Positions 12,700-26,370 of a stretch of DNA of 64,000 bases are shown here, one piece after another. The DNA comes from Basidiobolus meristosporus CBS 931.73. Taxonomy: Eukaryota; Fungi; Basidiobolomycota. The stretch's first letter is position 1, and every line of letters starts with the position of its first letter. Made by a program: the position numbers and the translations under genes. The stretch covers positions 62,001 through 126,000 of the forward strand of contig MCFE01000163.1 in NCBI GenBank assembly GCA_002104905.1, written 5' to 3'. Below the pieces are notes generated by a model. The model was not told where the DNA came from and made no database searches. It saw only the letters and a list, made by a program, of their open reading frames with translations.

Positions 12700-14480
12700 T
12701 CTGAAGGCAACATTGCTCACCTGTACTAACATTATATTGGCAGTACGAAGGCCTACAGATCATTTTGTATAATGCTAACATGCTAATGCACCAAGTGGTA
12801 TTTTCTTTTCTACCTCCCCTTGTGCCATGCATATATTCCACTGTAGGATCACCCCTCTATACTTGCTGACCTACTACTTACATATTTTACATTTAGTTTA
12901 AATGAAGAAAGCTATGGCATCCTGGGAAAGACCAGTACATATGCACACACCTGCTGAAATTGAAACACCTATATCATCTCAACTTTGCGGCTTTTTTAGT
13001 ATAATACTTGCAAAGCCCCCATAAACCTTGTATTGCTGGCAACACATACATCTTGCAAACATATTCTTGGTTGCTGTCAGTTTAGCTGTATATTCCACCT
13101 GAAAATCCACAAAGAGCTTCTTGATATTTAACTAATATTTTACTTCTCCCTGCTGTTTTCTAGTTCCTCTTATAGTTATGCTCTGGCTCTTGTTTGTATT
13201 AGTTCTTATTTGAATGATATACCCCTTGACCTGCAATCAGGAGGAACCCAATATTCTTTGGTAAGGAATTTCTAATAAAACTCAGTTGCTTGTTGTGCCC
13301 AACACAACTTTGCATTACTTAATTGATAACCCACGCATGGGGCAGCTTAGCATCTCAACACCCAAGGAATTAGTGTCTCCATGTGCACAGCTGTCCCTAG
13401 TATTTTCCAAATGTTCCTGGCTGTCTAACATGTGCCAACTCTTTACATTCCTAACAGACCTGAAGGTTATACCCTTAATAAGATTGGAATATGTTAATAA
13501 CTGCAACTTGACTTGTCTTCCTAGCTTGGCCTAATATTCTCAACACACCATCATAATGGAGTAGACAATAGTTACAGTTGTAGCAGAGATCCAGGCGTTA
13601 ATCTCCATGCTTCTAGTATAACCAGGCAAATCTTGTTACAAACTCCAGGCTAAAGCTGTAGATGTCTCAAGTTGGCATTGGTAATCCACCTCTAGACTAA
13701 TATTTCTACAATGTCATCTTATGTTTTCTAATGCTCCCAATATATTCCTAATAGAAATTGCTTCAGAAGGCCTCTTTAAAAAGTATATATCCAGTTCATG
13801 CAGTTCTTTCATTTGTAATGTTGCATATGCATATGAATATTGATTGGAGCCCATGAGAAGTTTTGGTAGCAGAAACTCTGTAATATCTTGCCAATCCTAC
13901 CAGATTTATGCAGTATCTCAAAGAGCTCATTCAGCTTGAAATGCCTCATGTACAACTTAGTCATTGATATAGGAATACTTTCAAAAGCAAACACATTGCT
14001 CCCAGTGGAAAGCTTTTGCTCCAAAAGAAACCTGCTTTCTTAAGTATCTCTGGCTTCTGCCTAATTCTATATTCTGGCTAATGGCCTAAAGCTTACTGAC
14101 TTTGCTGCAATTACCCGCTGACTTCTGTATGTTCCCTCTGTGGGAAGATAATTTTTTCTGTGCTTGTAAATAATTGGAAGTATTGTATGTCAGTTAAGGG
14201 AAAACTCTCTGGATCTCACATATTTCACAGCAATACCATCCATTGTGCCGAGAAAAGTTAGCTATCTTGCTGATAGATGGTATCACCAATGTAGAAAATA
14301 GTACGTACTTTTATATGATGTCTATTTGGTGGCATCCTGCTGGAAAGATTACAAAATTCATCCAGCAATGTGTACTAGTAGTCATCCAGGTTGGATGATG
14401 CTTTGGGCCTAGATACCAGTGACACTATCAGATTTCTGTTGTGATACTGATACTTTAAGATAAAACACTATTGAATCATC
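12700..14480 (-). mobile_element. Decayed CACTA/EnSpm-type (tnp2-family) transposase
   Basis: Nucleotide homology with 26740-27780 and 32580-33480, whose minus-strand translations carry tnp2 motifs. Boundaries are approximate. Confidence 0.7.
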
Positions 14481-14499
14481 TGGCAGAACAAGTCTATTA

Positions 14500-17400
14500 T
14501 CCCAGGCTCAAACACGCAATTGTATTATCGACAAGCATTGGTATGCTAAGAAAGTATCTTAAGAATAGCAGAACTATCAAAGGAAAAGAAGTCAAAAAAC
14601 CATAAGATTGCAGAGTGCTTGCAAAGACAAGAAGGCAAAGATGGCTGCACTACCTCAGCACTCATCAAGGAGAATGCAACATACACTGCAGGAAGCCCTT
14701 TGTCATAGTTGTAGTGAGGGACTTGACAGTGATAAAACCTGCAGCTTTCTTAGGAGTTCATTATAAGCAGCGCTGATAGCTCCAAGCAAGCAGCAAAGAA
14801 ACCTCAAGCAGCCAGGAGAGTGCCAGCAAGGAACAAGCAGGCAAAAACAAATTCACCAGTGCCATATTTATTCAGGAGGGAGTAGTGTACAATACAAGAG
14901 GCAAGAATGGAAGAATGCTATGCAACAAATTCTGGCCCAGTAAGCAACAGATACTCCAGATCCTTAGCCAGCAGCAACAAGTAATGACTACCATTGCTCA
15001 AAGCCAGCAAGACCCTGTCAAGAGCAACTTTAGTTTGAAGGTCAACCAATTGAAATAGACGCTATGCAAAAGAATCCTACCTCAGAAGAATGTAAGAAGA
15101 AAAAACTTTGCTTCAATTGCCATTAGCAGGGACATATTGTAAAGTACTGCCCTCAGAGAAGAAATGGACACCAGCCATCAAGAACCTTTAACCGTATTGA
15201 GGCCATGGAGCATAGTAACATGGAGGATGAACTTGAAGAAGCCTCAGAACTCACCTTCCATATGACAGAAGAATACCTATCCCAGATGACCTCAAACTCA
15301 GGAAAGCTATTATACTTGGATATAGTAATCAATGGAGTACCTGCCAAGATCATGATTGACTCAGGAGCATTGCAAGAGTACATGTCAGAGTAATATGCTT
15401 CAAAAGCTGGAATCAACTTGGAACCCACCAAATCAACTTCAGTCTCAACAGCTGATTAGAACTCTCACATAATCAACCATATTACTCAGCCAGTAAGGAT
15501 GAAGGTCAGTTACAATGAAAAGAGCTACAGGCCTATATATTTGGGAACTGCAAGCTTGACCTTGTACTTGGGAAAACCTGGCTATTTTGTTGTAATCCAT
15601 CAATCAACTGGAGAACCCATGCTACTCAGAGCCAGAAGGACAACAAGATCTTTGAGCTATTACCTGCCAGACTGGATTTTAACTTGGTCAGTTCCAGTGT
15701 GTGTGAAACAAGTGAACTTAGCAAGACACAGTTCTGTAGAGCACTAAGTAAAGGCACCCAGATGTTCCTCATGGCAGTATTACAGGAGGACTCCTCTACT
15801 CCAGTACCCCAGAAGGCCCAGACTCTTTTGAAGGAGTATTCAGACGTATTTCCAGAAGAGCTTGTAAGCCTACCTCCAGTCATAGATGTGGATCATGCCA
15901 TTGAAACAGGAGATAGCCCTCCAGTGAGTAAGACACCTTACAAAATGAGTCCATTGGAGTTGGAAGAGATGAAGAGACAAATAGATCAGTTACTGGAGCA
16001 AGGAGATATCAGACCCAGCAAGTTACCTTGGGGAGCACCAGTACTTTGTGAAGAAGAAGGATGGAACACTTAGGATGTGCATTGACTACAGAGCCCTCAT
16101 CTCAGTTACCGTGAAGAATAAGTACCCCATACCTTGGATTGATGAGCTCTTGGACCAACTCAATGGAGCCACTATTTTGAGCAAGATTGACCTCATGTCA
16201 GGATACAACCAGATTAGGGTGAAGCCAGAAGACATCCCTAAGACAGCATTCAGGACCAGATATGGACATTACAAGTACTTAGACATGAGTTTTGGCCTCA
16301 CCAATGCCCCTGCAACATTCATGACCCTGATGCAGACTGTCTTCCAGGAGTACTTAGACAAGTGTGTCATAATCCTATTATTGGAGATTTGTCAAGTCCT
16401 TTGCAAGTACTGCAGCCCCTTTAACTGAAATCCTCAAGAATTACAATACCTGCAAGTGGGACACAGCTTGTGAAACTGCCTTCCAGACTCTCTGAAATGA
16501 ACTTGCTAAGCTGCCAAGCTTAAGAATACCTGACTCCAGAAAAGAGTTTACTCTGTGCACAGATACTTCAAATTATGCAATTGGTGGAGTGTTGAGCCAA
16601 GAACACAAGGGAAAGCACTACCCAGTTGCCTTAGAATCCAAGAAACTGTACTCAGCAGAACAAAACTACCCAGTGCATGAGAATGAATTGCTTGCTATAG
16701 TACACAGTGTGAAGACATGGAGATGCTATATTGAAGGAGTCAAGTGCACTGTAAAGACCAATCATGCCTCCCTCAAGTATATATTTACTCAGAAGGTACT
16801 CTCTAGAAGAATGACAAGATGGAGTGAATACATTCAGCAATTTGACTTGGAGATTGTCTATTGCCCTGGTAAAACAACATGGTTGCTGATGCCTCATCAA
16901 GATTAGATCAAGTTGCACAACTCAACTTGGTGCAGGAAACAGATTGGCCTAGCCTATTACCAAAGTACTTGGAGGACCAAGCCATTCCTAATGTGGTGGA
17001 TGAAGATATTAAAAAGATAATCTGGGATGAAGCCAGCAAATATGTAGTACAGGTTGAAATAATCTACCAAAATGTTGATGTAAGCCCTATTGCCTATTGC
17101 CCTTAGGTTTCTTTCCTGGATTTAATTCATAAGCTATACAATGGATATGGATATCTTGGAACTGAAGGAACCTATAGCCTTGTGAAAGCCACAGCATGGT
17201 GGCCCAGAATGAAACATGACATTGAGAAGCTAGTAAAAACATGCCCAAATTGCCAAATTAACTAAGGCCAACCACAGAGAATTGCTGAACTCTTTCCCGT
17301 GGAGCCTGTGAGACCATTTGAAAGACAGGGCATTGACTTCATTGGAAGACTGCCAACTACCAGGATATGCAACCATTGGATCCTAGTAGCAATTGACCAT

Positions 17401-19030
17401 GCCACCAAATGGCCAGTGGCTAAGGCTGTGCCTATTGCCAGTGAAAAAGAAGTTGCATATTTCATCTAACATGAGATCCTTATGAAGTTTGGATGCCCTG
17501 TAGATATTCTATCCAATAGAGGTGCAAACTTTATGGCAAAGACTTTGGAAGCTTCCCTGGAAATGCAGCAGATCAAACACTTGAAAACCTTGGCATATCA
17601 CCCCAGAACTAATGGAGTCACTGAATGTTTTAATGGATTATTTGGAAAAATGCTGACCAATTATGCAAATGGATTTGTCAGTAGATGGGATGAGTATATA
17701 GACCAAGCACTCTTTGCATGCAGAGTCAGAGTACACAACACCACCCAGCAATTGCCATTTTACTTAGTGTATGGATGTGAACCAAGGATTACAGGAGATT
17801 TCACACAACCAAGGCTTACATACACCTTAGAAGATGAACTCAGTCAGCCAAGTAGACACCAGCAACTGGAGCAAAGACATCAAGAGGCACAGATCAAAGT
17901 ATTTCAAAGTGCAGAAAAGATGAAGCAGAGATTTGATAAGACTATAGCACCAGAAGCATTGACAGTTGGGAACTTTGTATTGCTAAGAAACAACAATTGG
18001 AAGAAGTTTGAGCCACAATGGACAGGACTATTCAAGATCATCAGAGAATGTCTATTTGCAACTTACCAACTAGTGGACAAACAAGGCAATATCTGGGAAG
18101 ACTTAGTGCATAGGGACAGACTCAAGCTTGCAAGACTTGCTGATAAAACTGAACCATCGAGATAGTGGCATCACAAGAAAAGAGATTCAGGAGAACCCTC
18201 TCTACTTTAGCAGGGGAGAATGTTATGATCTGCCACTTGAATGTTTAAGTTAGATCAGTTTTTAGTCAAATCAATTAGCTGTATGTTTAGGTTATCAGTA
18301 TATCAGTATTATCTATCAAATTAGTAGCATTAGTCAGCAAATAAACCAGCAGATCCTTATCAGTCAGAAATAGATATATTAGGTAGGATCTTATTGGGTG
18401 ATGATAATGTAATCAAATGAGTCATCAGCCACAGCCTACATTAGGAAATACAATTAGTGAGCAATTGATCTGGCAAAATGTATATAAGGAGCTGCTGGAA
18501 TCTCAATAATGATCAGTTCAAGAATTAGTGAATACAATACTAACTAAACTCCCTATCGCTCTACAACTCTTATACCAAGACTTGTAACAAAAGTGAAACA
18601 GGGTTACCCAAGCAGAGACAGAGATGCATGAGAAAAAGCCTTCATTCTCACAAATTAATGCCATCAGTCCAGAACAGGCCAAATCCCATCATGTTCAAGA
18701 AGAATTACCTACAAGACATCAGTTGTTTTCTCAAATTTTGGAGGTGCAGCCAGCTCAGCCATACTCCAGTGAGATAGATGTGCCTGCAGAGAAAAGCAAT
18801 TTGTCTACCACTGCCTCCATGTCCTCTGTTGTAGATAGAGTGGAGATTCCACTGACAGACAAAGCAGCAACATCAAGAACTCAAAAGACTATCACAATGC
18901 CTACAGTAAAATTTTGGAATACTAATAGGCACACCAAGAGGCTACAGCACTTGTTCAAGAGCAGTGCTCAAGAAAATGTACTCTAGTGTTGCAAGGATTT
19001 ATTGCAAAGACTGACAGATAAGATGCTAGC
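14500..19030 (+). mobile_element. Remnant of the CACTA-associated second ORF (14500-14870 and 18590-19030), split by a gypsy insertion
   Basis: Both flanks match consecutive parts of 36550-37500 (MLRKYLKNSR... and INAISPEQ...EELPTR...). Confidence 0.65.
14880..18589 (+). mobile_element. Ty3/gypsy retrotransposon lacking its 5' LTR (gag, protease, RT, RNase H, integrase, 3' LTR 18221-18589), with frameshifts and stops
   Basis: CFNCH.QGHIVKYC knuckle; IMIDSGA protease; [10 protein letters not shown]...[14 protein letters not shown]...[12 protein letters not shown]; YPVHENELLAIV RNase H; YHPRTNG..E..N and KFEPQWTG.FKI integrase. Confidence 0.92.
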
Positions 19031-19039
19031 CCTTATAGT

Positions 19040-19560
19040 GTTGGCTAAAGACCAGGACATTTGAGAGCTAGTGAATGAGCTTTGACATAAGGTGTATGGT
19101 TGCTTGGTAGGTGGCATCCTGGAATGAATTTGGCAAGAAGTAGGAATAAATCCTCAAAGCCCCCAATACTGATATTGGTGGAAACATGCCACTTTACTGG
19201 CCACAACATCACATCATTTGCCAGTAGATGTATCACTTGGCTCCACAAACTATCCTAAACATTTGTTTTCATGAGTGTTGTCTCATTGCATATTGGGATT
19301 TTGCTGGGCCAATGCAGGGTACTGTTGCTAAGGGAGATAGGCTCACAATTCAGCAGTGAGCCTTCTTTGTCAGAGCAATCCCTCTGCATGCCATATTCAG
19401 AAGGCTGAGGTGAACCCAAAGGTGTCACAAATTCACCTGACTCAGTTTACCCAAGGTGATAAGTATGGCTGGGTGCCATTATAGAAGTATCATGTGGCCA
19501 GAAAGCTATTGTTAGTACAATAATGACTGATAAATCATCATATATGACTTGTGTGAGTAT
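19040..19560 (-). mobile_element. CACTA transposase N-terminal remnant
   Basis: Nucleotide match to 34900-35400 (...TNISIGGFEDLFLLL...). Confidence 0.6.
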
Positions 19561-22500
19561 AGAGTAGCTTCATGGCTCTGGAGTATTCCTAGGAAGCTCT
19601 AAAGAGCATATGTGCATAGTATGGGGCTATTTGCATTGTGAAAATTTGTTATTCCACCTAAATATTCACCTAAGTTAGTCACTTAGATCATTACATCCAA
19701 ACCCTAGAGAATACTGACCAAATTCCTTGTTGGGATTTACTTAGAATATTTTCACCAAAATAGCAGGTATCCAGAACATGAAAATTCTCAAAGTTGCCCA
19801 AAAGCCCCAAATGTTGCACACATGTTCTTGGGATCTTTCTTAACCTATTCTACGTGTTTGTTATGCCAAGACCATGTAAAGGTATAAATACTACTTTTAC
19901 ATTCAATAAATCATTAAGTGAAAACCACATGATCAACTTGTCCTCCCAATCACTTCCAATATCTCAAACACTCATACAACAGGTTATGAGCCCTGAACTG
20001 TCACTCTCTGCAATGTGTAGCACTGCTATCATTGGAACGTTTCCATATGCTGAAAAGTTTGGTGGATCAGAATACTCTGCGTGGAAGGTGAGGATGAAGA
20101 TGCTGCTACAAGAAAGAGGCATTTGTGATATTGTCTTTGATGAGGATGTGATAGTAACCATCCTGAATAGTCCAACAGCTAAGTTTCAGGGTCTTATATC
20201 AGCCCTAGAGTCCAGTACTGAAGATCTGACATTAAATTACACACATGGAAGGCTCCAGGATGAATGATTAAGAAAATCAAGTGCAAATAAGAAGGAAGAA
20301 TAAAATGCTTTAATAAGCAATGATAGATAACAAAGAGGATACCAAAGCCCATTCTAAGGCAATACCAACCTGTTTTGGAACTACAGCATAAGGAAAGGAC
20401 ACACATTAAACCAGTGCTTCAAAAAGTAAAGGAGTCAGCAGAAAAAGTCTGAATATGGAAATGCTGCAACAACTGAACATAGACTATTCATAGCCTCACC
20501 AAATCTGACCACAAGCAAGGATTCTTGGATGTTTTATATTGACTGTGGAGCATCTCAGCACTTTACTCACCAAAAAGGACTTTTTACCCAATATCAAGAG
20601 AATCCAATTATGAAGGTTCTCATGGGTGACAATAGAATACTTCATGCAATGGGAGAAGGCACTATCCAAGTAAACCATAGAAACAGTGAGGGAGTCCATA
20701 TACTGACCTTTAAAGAAGTACTCTATGCACCAGAAATAGCCAAGAACATACCATTGGCAAGCAAGCCCACTGCAGAAGGACTCAGTTTCAGCTTTGACCA
20801 TTCTGAATGCAAGATCACTGATCAAATGGTGCCCATACTGCTTTAGGTATCAGATATCAGAACCTATACAAGTAAACTTATATTCCATCATATTTGGAAG
20901 CCAATATAAGTAACTTAAATGAAGAAATACCAATGCTTTGGCACAGGAGATTTGGGCACATCAATTTTGATTATTTGCACAAAATGATCAAAGATCAGCT
21001 AGTTTCTGGAGTAAATATTGATCCCCCAGCTGATTTGGAGCACTGTGAAGCCTGCATATATGGAAAACAAGCCAGACAACCATTCAAGAGCTTTGTGTTA
21101 ATCAAAACTAAGAAAAGATTAGATCTAATTAACTTAGATCTGTGAGGACCTAAGCAAAATTTATCCTTTAGCAGGATATAGTATCTAGTCACTTTTAGTG
21201 ATAATTATACAAGATACATGTGGGTCTACTATGAGGAAAGAAATGAAGAAGGTCTGTCTAAGTTCAGGGAGCTTAATACCATGGTGGAGAGAGAAACTGG
21301 AGGAAAATCCGGAAATATGCTCTAACAGTGGTAGACAATATACCTCAAAACTCTTCCTTGACTTCTGCAAGATTCTTGTGATAAAGCAAGAGACTACTGT
21401 ACCATGCTCCCCACTGCAAACTGGAGTGGTAGAACATGCTAATATATCAACAATTGATATAGCACAATCAATAATACATGATCAAAAATTATCCTATGAT
21501 CTTTGGACAGAATTAGGGGCCACAGTTGTATACATTGAAAATAGTAGTCATAACAGAATAATTTTTACCTCTACTCCACTAGAAGCATTGTATGAATTCA
21601 GGCCAAGTGCAGAACATCTGAGAACATTTGGGTATACAGCATATGCTAAAAACTGCTGGGAAATCTGTCAAAATTTTAGCCCAAAAGTGTAAAATGCATA
21701 TTTTTGGGCTACTGCATTGCAAGTAAGACATACAGACTATACAGTACCAAAGCAAGTCCAGGGATGTGTTGTTTTATGAAAATTCAAAATTTCACAAAAA
21801 ATAACATCAGATGATGACAAAAACTTGATCTCAGGTCCACCAAAAGTCCAGATTGAATCAAAGCAAAATAATGAAACCTTTCTCACTCCAGAGGACTCTG
21901 CTACTATGGTTCAGCCTGGATCAGTGCCCAGGAGTATCCCAGAAGCAATCATTACAGTATCAAGTGCCAAGAGATCCAACCAGGCAAGAAATAGCTCAAA
22001 TTATTATACCAGTGAGGGTACAAACTTAGCCTATGCCTATTCAGTCCATATTGATGAGCCCCAGACTATAAAAGAGGTCCTAAATAGCCCTCAGACAAAG
22101 TTTTTGAGATCTGTCATGACTTAGGAAGATCAGGCCCTGATGGAAAATCAAAATTGGAACTTGGTCAAACTACCAACCAACCAGAAATCAATTTGATGCA
22201 GATGGGTCTTCAAGACAAAAAATAAGGCTAATGGTACAACTGAAAAACACAAAGCAAGACTTGTGGCCCAAGGATACTCTCAGACAAAAAGGACTTGACT
22301 ATACTGAGGCCTTTGCACTGGTAGCCAAGTTTAATACCATCAGATTGCTAGTGGCTATTGCAGCCAAATACAAGCTTTTTGTACTTCAAATGGTTGTAAA
22401 ACTGCATTTTTAGATGGAGAGCTTGATGAGGATATGTATATGGAGCAGCCTGATGGGTTTGCTCACTAAGATAACCCCCATTTGGTTTGCAAGCTTAACA

Positions 22501-23250
22501 CATCTACATGTGGTCTCAAACAATCACCAAGAGCCTAGAATTGTAAGATAGATTCTTATTTGGAATCTTTAAGTTTCAAAGGAGTAATCCTATATTGTAG
22601 TATATACTATAAGCCATATAGAGCAGATCTAGCTCTACTAGCTCTATATGTGATTGATCTTATTATAGCTGCCAGTAACTTAGTAATATTGCAAGAGACT
22701 AAATCCAGCTTATCCAAAGAATTCAAGATGTCTGATCTAGGAGAACTCAGTTATTACCTAGGAATAAAGTTCTTCATAAACAGAAGTACCCAGACTATCA
22801 TCCTAAGCCAATCCAAGTATATTCAAGTTATACTAAAGTAGTACCAAATGGCATAATGTAAACCAGCTGCTACCCCAGTGTATACAAACCTTAGCTTGCT
22901 GAAAGCTCAACCAAATCAAGAGGGCTTGGTGCTGTCTGAAAGCCTGCACTTTCCTTATCAATCTATGGTTGGCAGTCTGGTGTATATAGTGCTTGGAATA
23001 TGTCAAGATATCCTGTATTCAGTGGGAGTTGTCAGCCAGTATAATGAGAACTATGGATCTGATCCTATTGCAGCAGTTAAGTGGATTTTTAGATATCTGT
23101 AAGGAACTACTGATATCTGCTTAAGATACACTTATTAGAACTCAGAGCATTTACAAAATTAGGGAAAAGTCCAACTTTTCATGCTAGAACTATACACATA
23201 GATACCAGACTTCATTTTGTATGTGAAGCTACATAGAATAACCAAGTTAG
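19560..23250 (+). mobile_element. Old Ty1/copia family-B element (5' LTR ending 19981, PBS, gag with deletion, PR, INT, RT, partial RH; no 3' LTR seen)
   Basis: LTR homologous to 27781-28130; PBS GGTTATGAGCCC at 19982; FYIDCGASQH, LWHRRFGH..CEAC and LALYVIDLII remnants. Confidence 0.85.
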
Positions 23251-23469
23251 CTTTAGCATTAGTAGACACCTACCAGTCATGCTCAGCTGCCAAGAACATG
23301 TATCTTGGACAAGATTTCCTTGCTAAGAAGATGCTGCCAGGGGGAGAAATGAAAAATGCAATCAACAGAACTACCCTGCTGATGGATGAGATGGCATCTA
23401 TGGACATACCAGCCACTGTTGAGGATGTGATAGTAACCATCCTGAAAAGACTGAGAGATGAGTTTCAGG

Positions 23470-24190
23470 ACCATCTATGTTACCACTGTAGAGTCATCTC
23501 TCTTTATTCACTTACCCACTACTACCTTGGGTATTCCACATATAGTGTGAATCAAAAAAATAAGTTATGTTCACATCTGTCCTCAGTATTTTCCAACTTT
23601 TGCTGGATGTCCTCCATGTACCAATTCATCACATCCATGACAGACTTGAAGGTAATATTCTTGATGAGATTGGAAAATGGTAGTACCTGCAACTTGACTT
23701 GTCTCACTATCTCCCCATACATCCACTCCATAGGAAACTCCCAAAAGGCAAAGCAAGGCCCAATATTTTCCCAACAACAAGCAGATGCAGCAGAGAATGG
23801 ATACAGCAGCAGAAGAGATCAGCACAATCAGCTTTATGTCTGTAGTACAGCCACTCATATTGTATCACAAATTTGTTGCATAAAAGCTGTAGATATGTCA
23901 AGTTGGCATCAGTTATCTGCCTCTGAACATATGTTCCTACAAATTCACCATATGACTCTCAATGCTTCCAGTGTATTCTTGGTAGAAATTGCTTCAGAAG
24001 GCCACTGGAATAAATATAAATCCAGTTCATCCAGTCCCTTAATTTGCATTATTGTATATGCTTATGACTATTAAGTGGAGTTTGTGAAAAGTACTTTGGG
24101 TAGCAGATACTCTGCAGTATCTGGCCAATTGTTTCAAATTTCTCCAGTATCTGTGGTAATGGAAATTACTTTATTACTACTCAAAAAACT
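23470..24190 (-). mobile_element. Decayed CACTA tnp2 fragment
   Basis: Matches 27360-27780 plus 32580-32800 (HSLLHL...WEFPMEWMW). It provides the uninterrupted reference for the copia-B insertion site. Confidence 0.72.
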
Positions 24191-24644
24191 TTCATGATGC
24201 CTACAGTGAAATTTTGGACCATTAACAGGCACACACCAAGGTTGCAGCACCTCTTCAAGAGCAGTGCTCAGAAATATTTTACTGGAATATTGTAAGGACT
24301 TATTGCAAAGACTGATGGGTGAAGTGTTGTGTTGTATTATGTATAGTTTGGGCATGTTCTACAATGTAGAGGCTAATCAAAACTATACAACAACTTGCAG
24401 TATGCTAATACTGAAATAGTTTACTGGGAGTTTGATATACCAATTGAAGATATAACTTTCACTAATATCCTCAATCCTAGGCTTAAAATATACTAAAGGC
24501 AGTGTTTCTTACTTCTACAGCAGTGTTCTGACCTACTGTTGACTAATGGGCTTATTTACTTTTACAGTAACTTTTCCTTATTTGGAAGTCACTTTCCTTT
24601 CTGACAAAATATATCTTGATATGGAAATTCTGAACTCCCCTTTA

Positions 24645-24890
24645 ACCTAGAGGGGTGTGGTGCAGAAGTCTCCAAAGGGGTATTTAGACCTAAAGGGGTG
24701 ACTAAAGGGGCTTCTTTAAAGTAAAGGGGTGTCTTAAAGGGGTCTCTAAATGGTTCTTTCAGACTAAAGGGGTGCCTAAAGGGGCTTCTTTAAAGTAAAG
24801 GGGTTTCTTAAAGGGGTCTCTAAGTGGTTCTTTCAGACTAACAGGGTGTCTAAAGGGGTGTCTTTAGAGTAAAGGGGCTTCTTAGAGGGG
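24645..24890 (+). repeat. G-rich minisatellite: 74-bp unit x about 2.6, built from TAAAGGGG subrepeats
   Basis: ctaaaggggtg at 24690 and 24764 and ctaacagggtg at 24838 give a 74-bp period; more than 10 copies of (T)AAAGGGG or close variants. Confidence 0.9.
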
Positions 24891-26129
24891 ACTTTTCCAC
24901 CAGAAAAGTTGTGGTTTTCTTGTAGAACTTTGATTGGATTCTTGCAAGCTTTGCAGTCTCTTTACTGATGTACTACCAATCAAAGTCAGAATACTCAACA
25001 GTGCAAGTGATCCAGGGGAAGTTATATAACTTTTAAGCTTGTAACCATAGTGTGGAACTTCTGGAAAGAGAGGCTCTCTTCTATTATTCAGCTGGGGAAG
25101 TCATATATAAGAAAATTCTGCAGAATCAAAGTGCTTGGGCAATTGCACAAACAATACATGTGATACAAAGCTAAAATCTTGCAATGGCACAGATCAGACA
25201 TAGGCACAGTACCTGTGAGCATATCATGTGATTTGACTGGCTGGCTCAAAAGTACATGCAATTGAAGTCACCATAGCAATCCTAGTAATAGAGGCCTAGT
25301 ATATATGATAATTGCACTCTTTTGGTCATACTCAATAAGTACTGCTTCAAATGAGCTGTAATTTGAAACACGTGTTGGCTACTGCATGTTCTGTATGACA
25401 TAATATTCTTGGGTGGATTGCTTGTCAGGGTCTGGAGCATTTGTTCTTCAAGATTGTATACTCTTGATCTTTCACTTGTGTGTTACAATAGCAAAAAGCA
25501 AAATAAAGAAATGAGTGGAATATTGGGTTTGAGATATTGTAGTAATAGAATGCTTTCCATTACCGCAGAAGGGCTAGACTTAGCAGTGCCAGCTGAAGAC
25601 TAGGATATATGGGAACCAGTGAATGAACAATGGCATAATGCCAAAGGGTTCCTGCCAAGTCATGGAAAAAGGGTGTTACAGCAGAATTACCTACTGAATG
25701 GCATATTTAATGGAGTCACTTGTAGAGTGCAAGGTTGGGCTTAATGCTAGTGTTGGGTATAGGGACTTACATAGGTTAGTACAGCTGGCAAAAAAGAAAA
25801 TAAAGTTGAGCTATAACTGAGGTTTCAATGGAAATAAGCCAACTTGTATGCATGAAAAGTAAGTGCATTGGTTGAGTCAGAAAGTAAGGAGTGTGAAAGC
25901 AAGGTAATAACCAATCAGAGTACACAATCATAGGAGGTGATCTGGTGTCTGGGATCAAAAAGTGAGAAATCAACAGAGAACCAATCAAAAGCCATGTGTC
26001 TAGTGCTTTGACAAAATATTCTGACCAAGTGTTTTGTGAAATCTGGGATGCAATTTTTTTAATGGACTTTGCACAGTGTCCTAATGGGACCAATACCTCT
26101 TAGGCACAGAATATCTATTTGTGGCAGCC

Positions 26130-26370
26130 TTTTGATATGGTTGTTACAATTTTTTTTCATGGGAGTACCTCCTCTGTTGGTAAGCATTGCTTATTAAGGC
26201 ATGTTATTCTTCCTTCTGATTGGTACTTGATTCTCTTACTTCTTCATCCAGGAGCCTTCAACATACAAAACTTTAGGTTAAATCTTCATTTCCAAGCTCT
26301 AGGGCTGATACAAGGCCCTGAAACTTGTCTGTTAGGCTATTCAGGATGGTAATTATGACATCTTCATTAA
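26130..26370 (-). mobile_element. Copia family-B gag fragment, inverted
   Basis: Reverse complement of about 28610-28870 (IVTILN...FQGLVSA...KLLDEE). Confidence 0.7.

Noticed and set aside
23217-24074. 285-aa ORF as a novel gene
   Set aside because: It is a chimera of a copia-B gag fragment and the antisense strand of a decayed CACTA transposase.
24645-24890. CRISPR array
   Set aside because: There are no unique spacers between repeats, no cas genes, and the context is eukaryotic.
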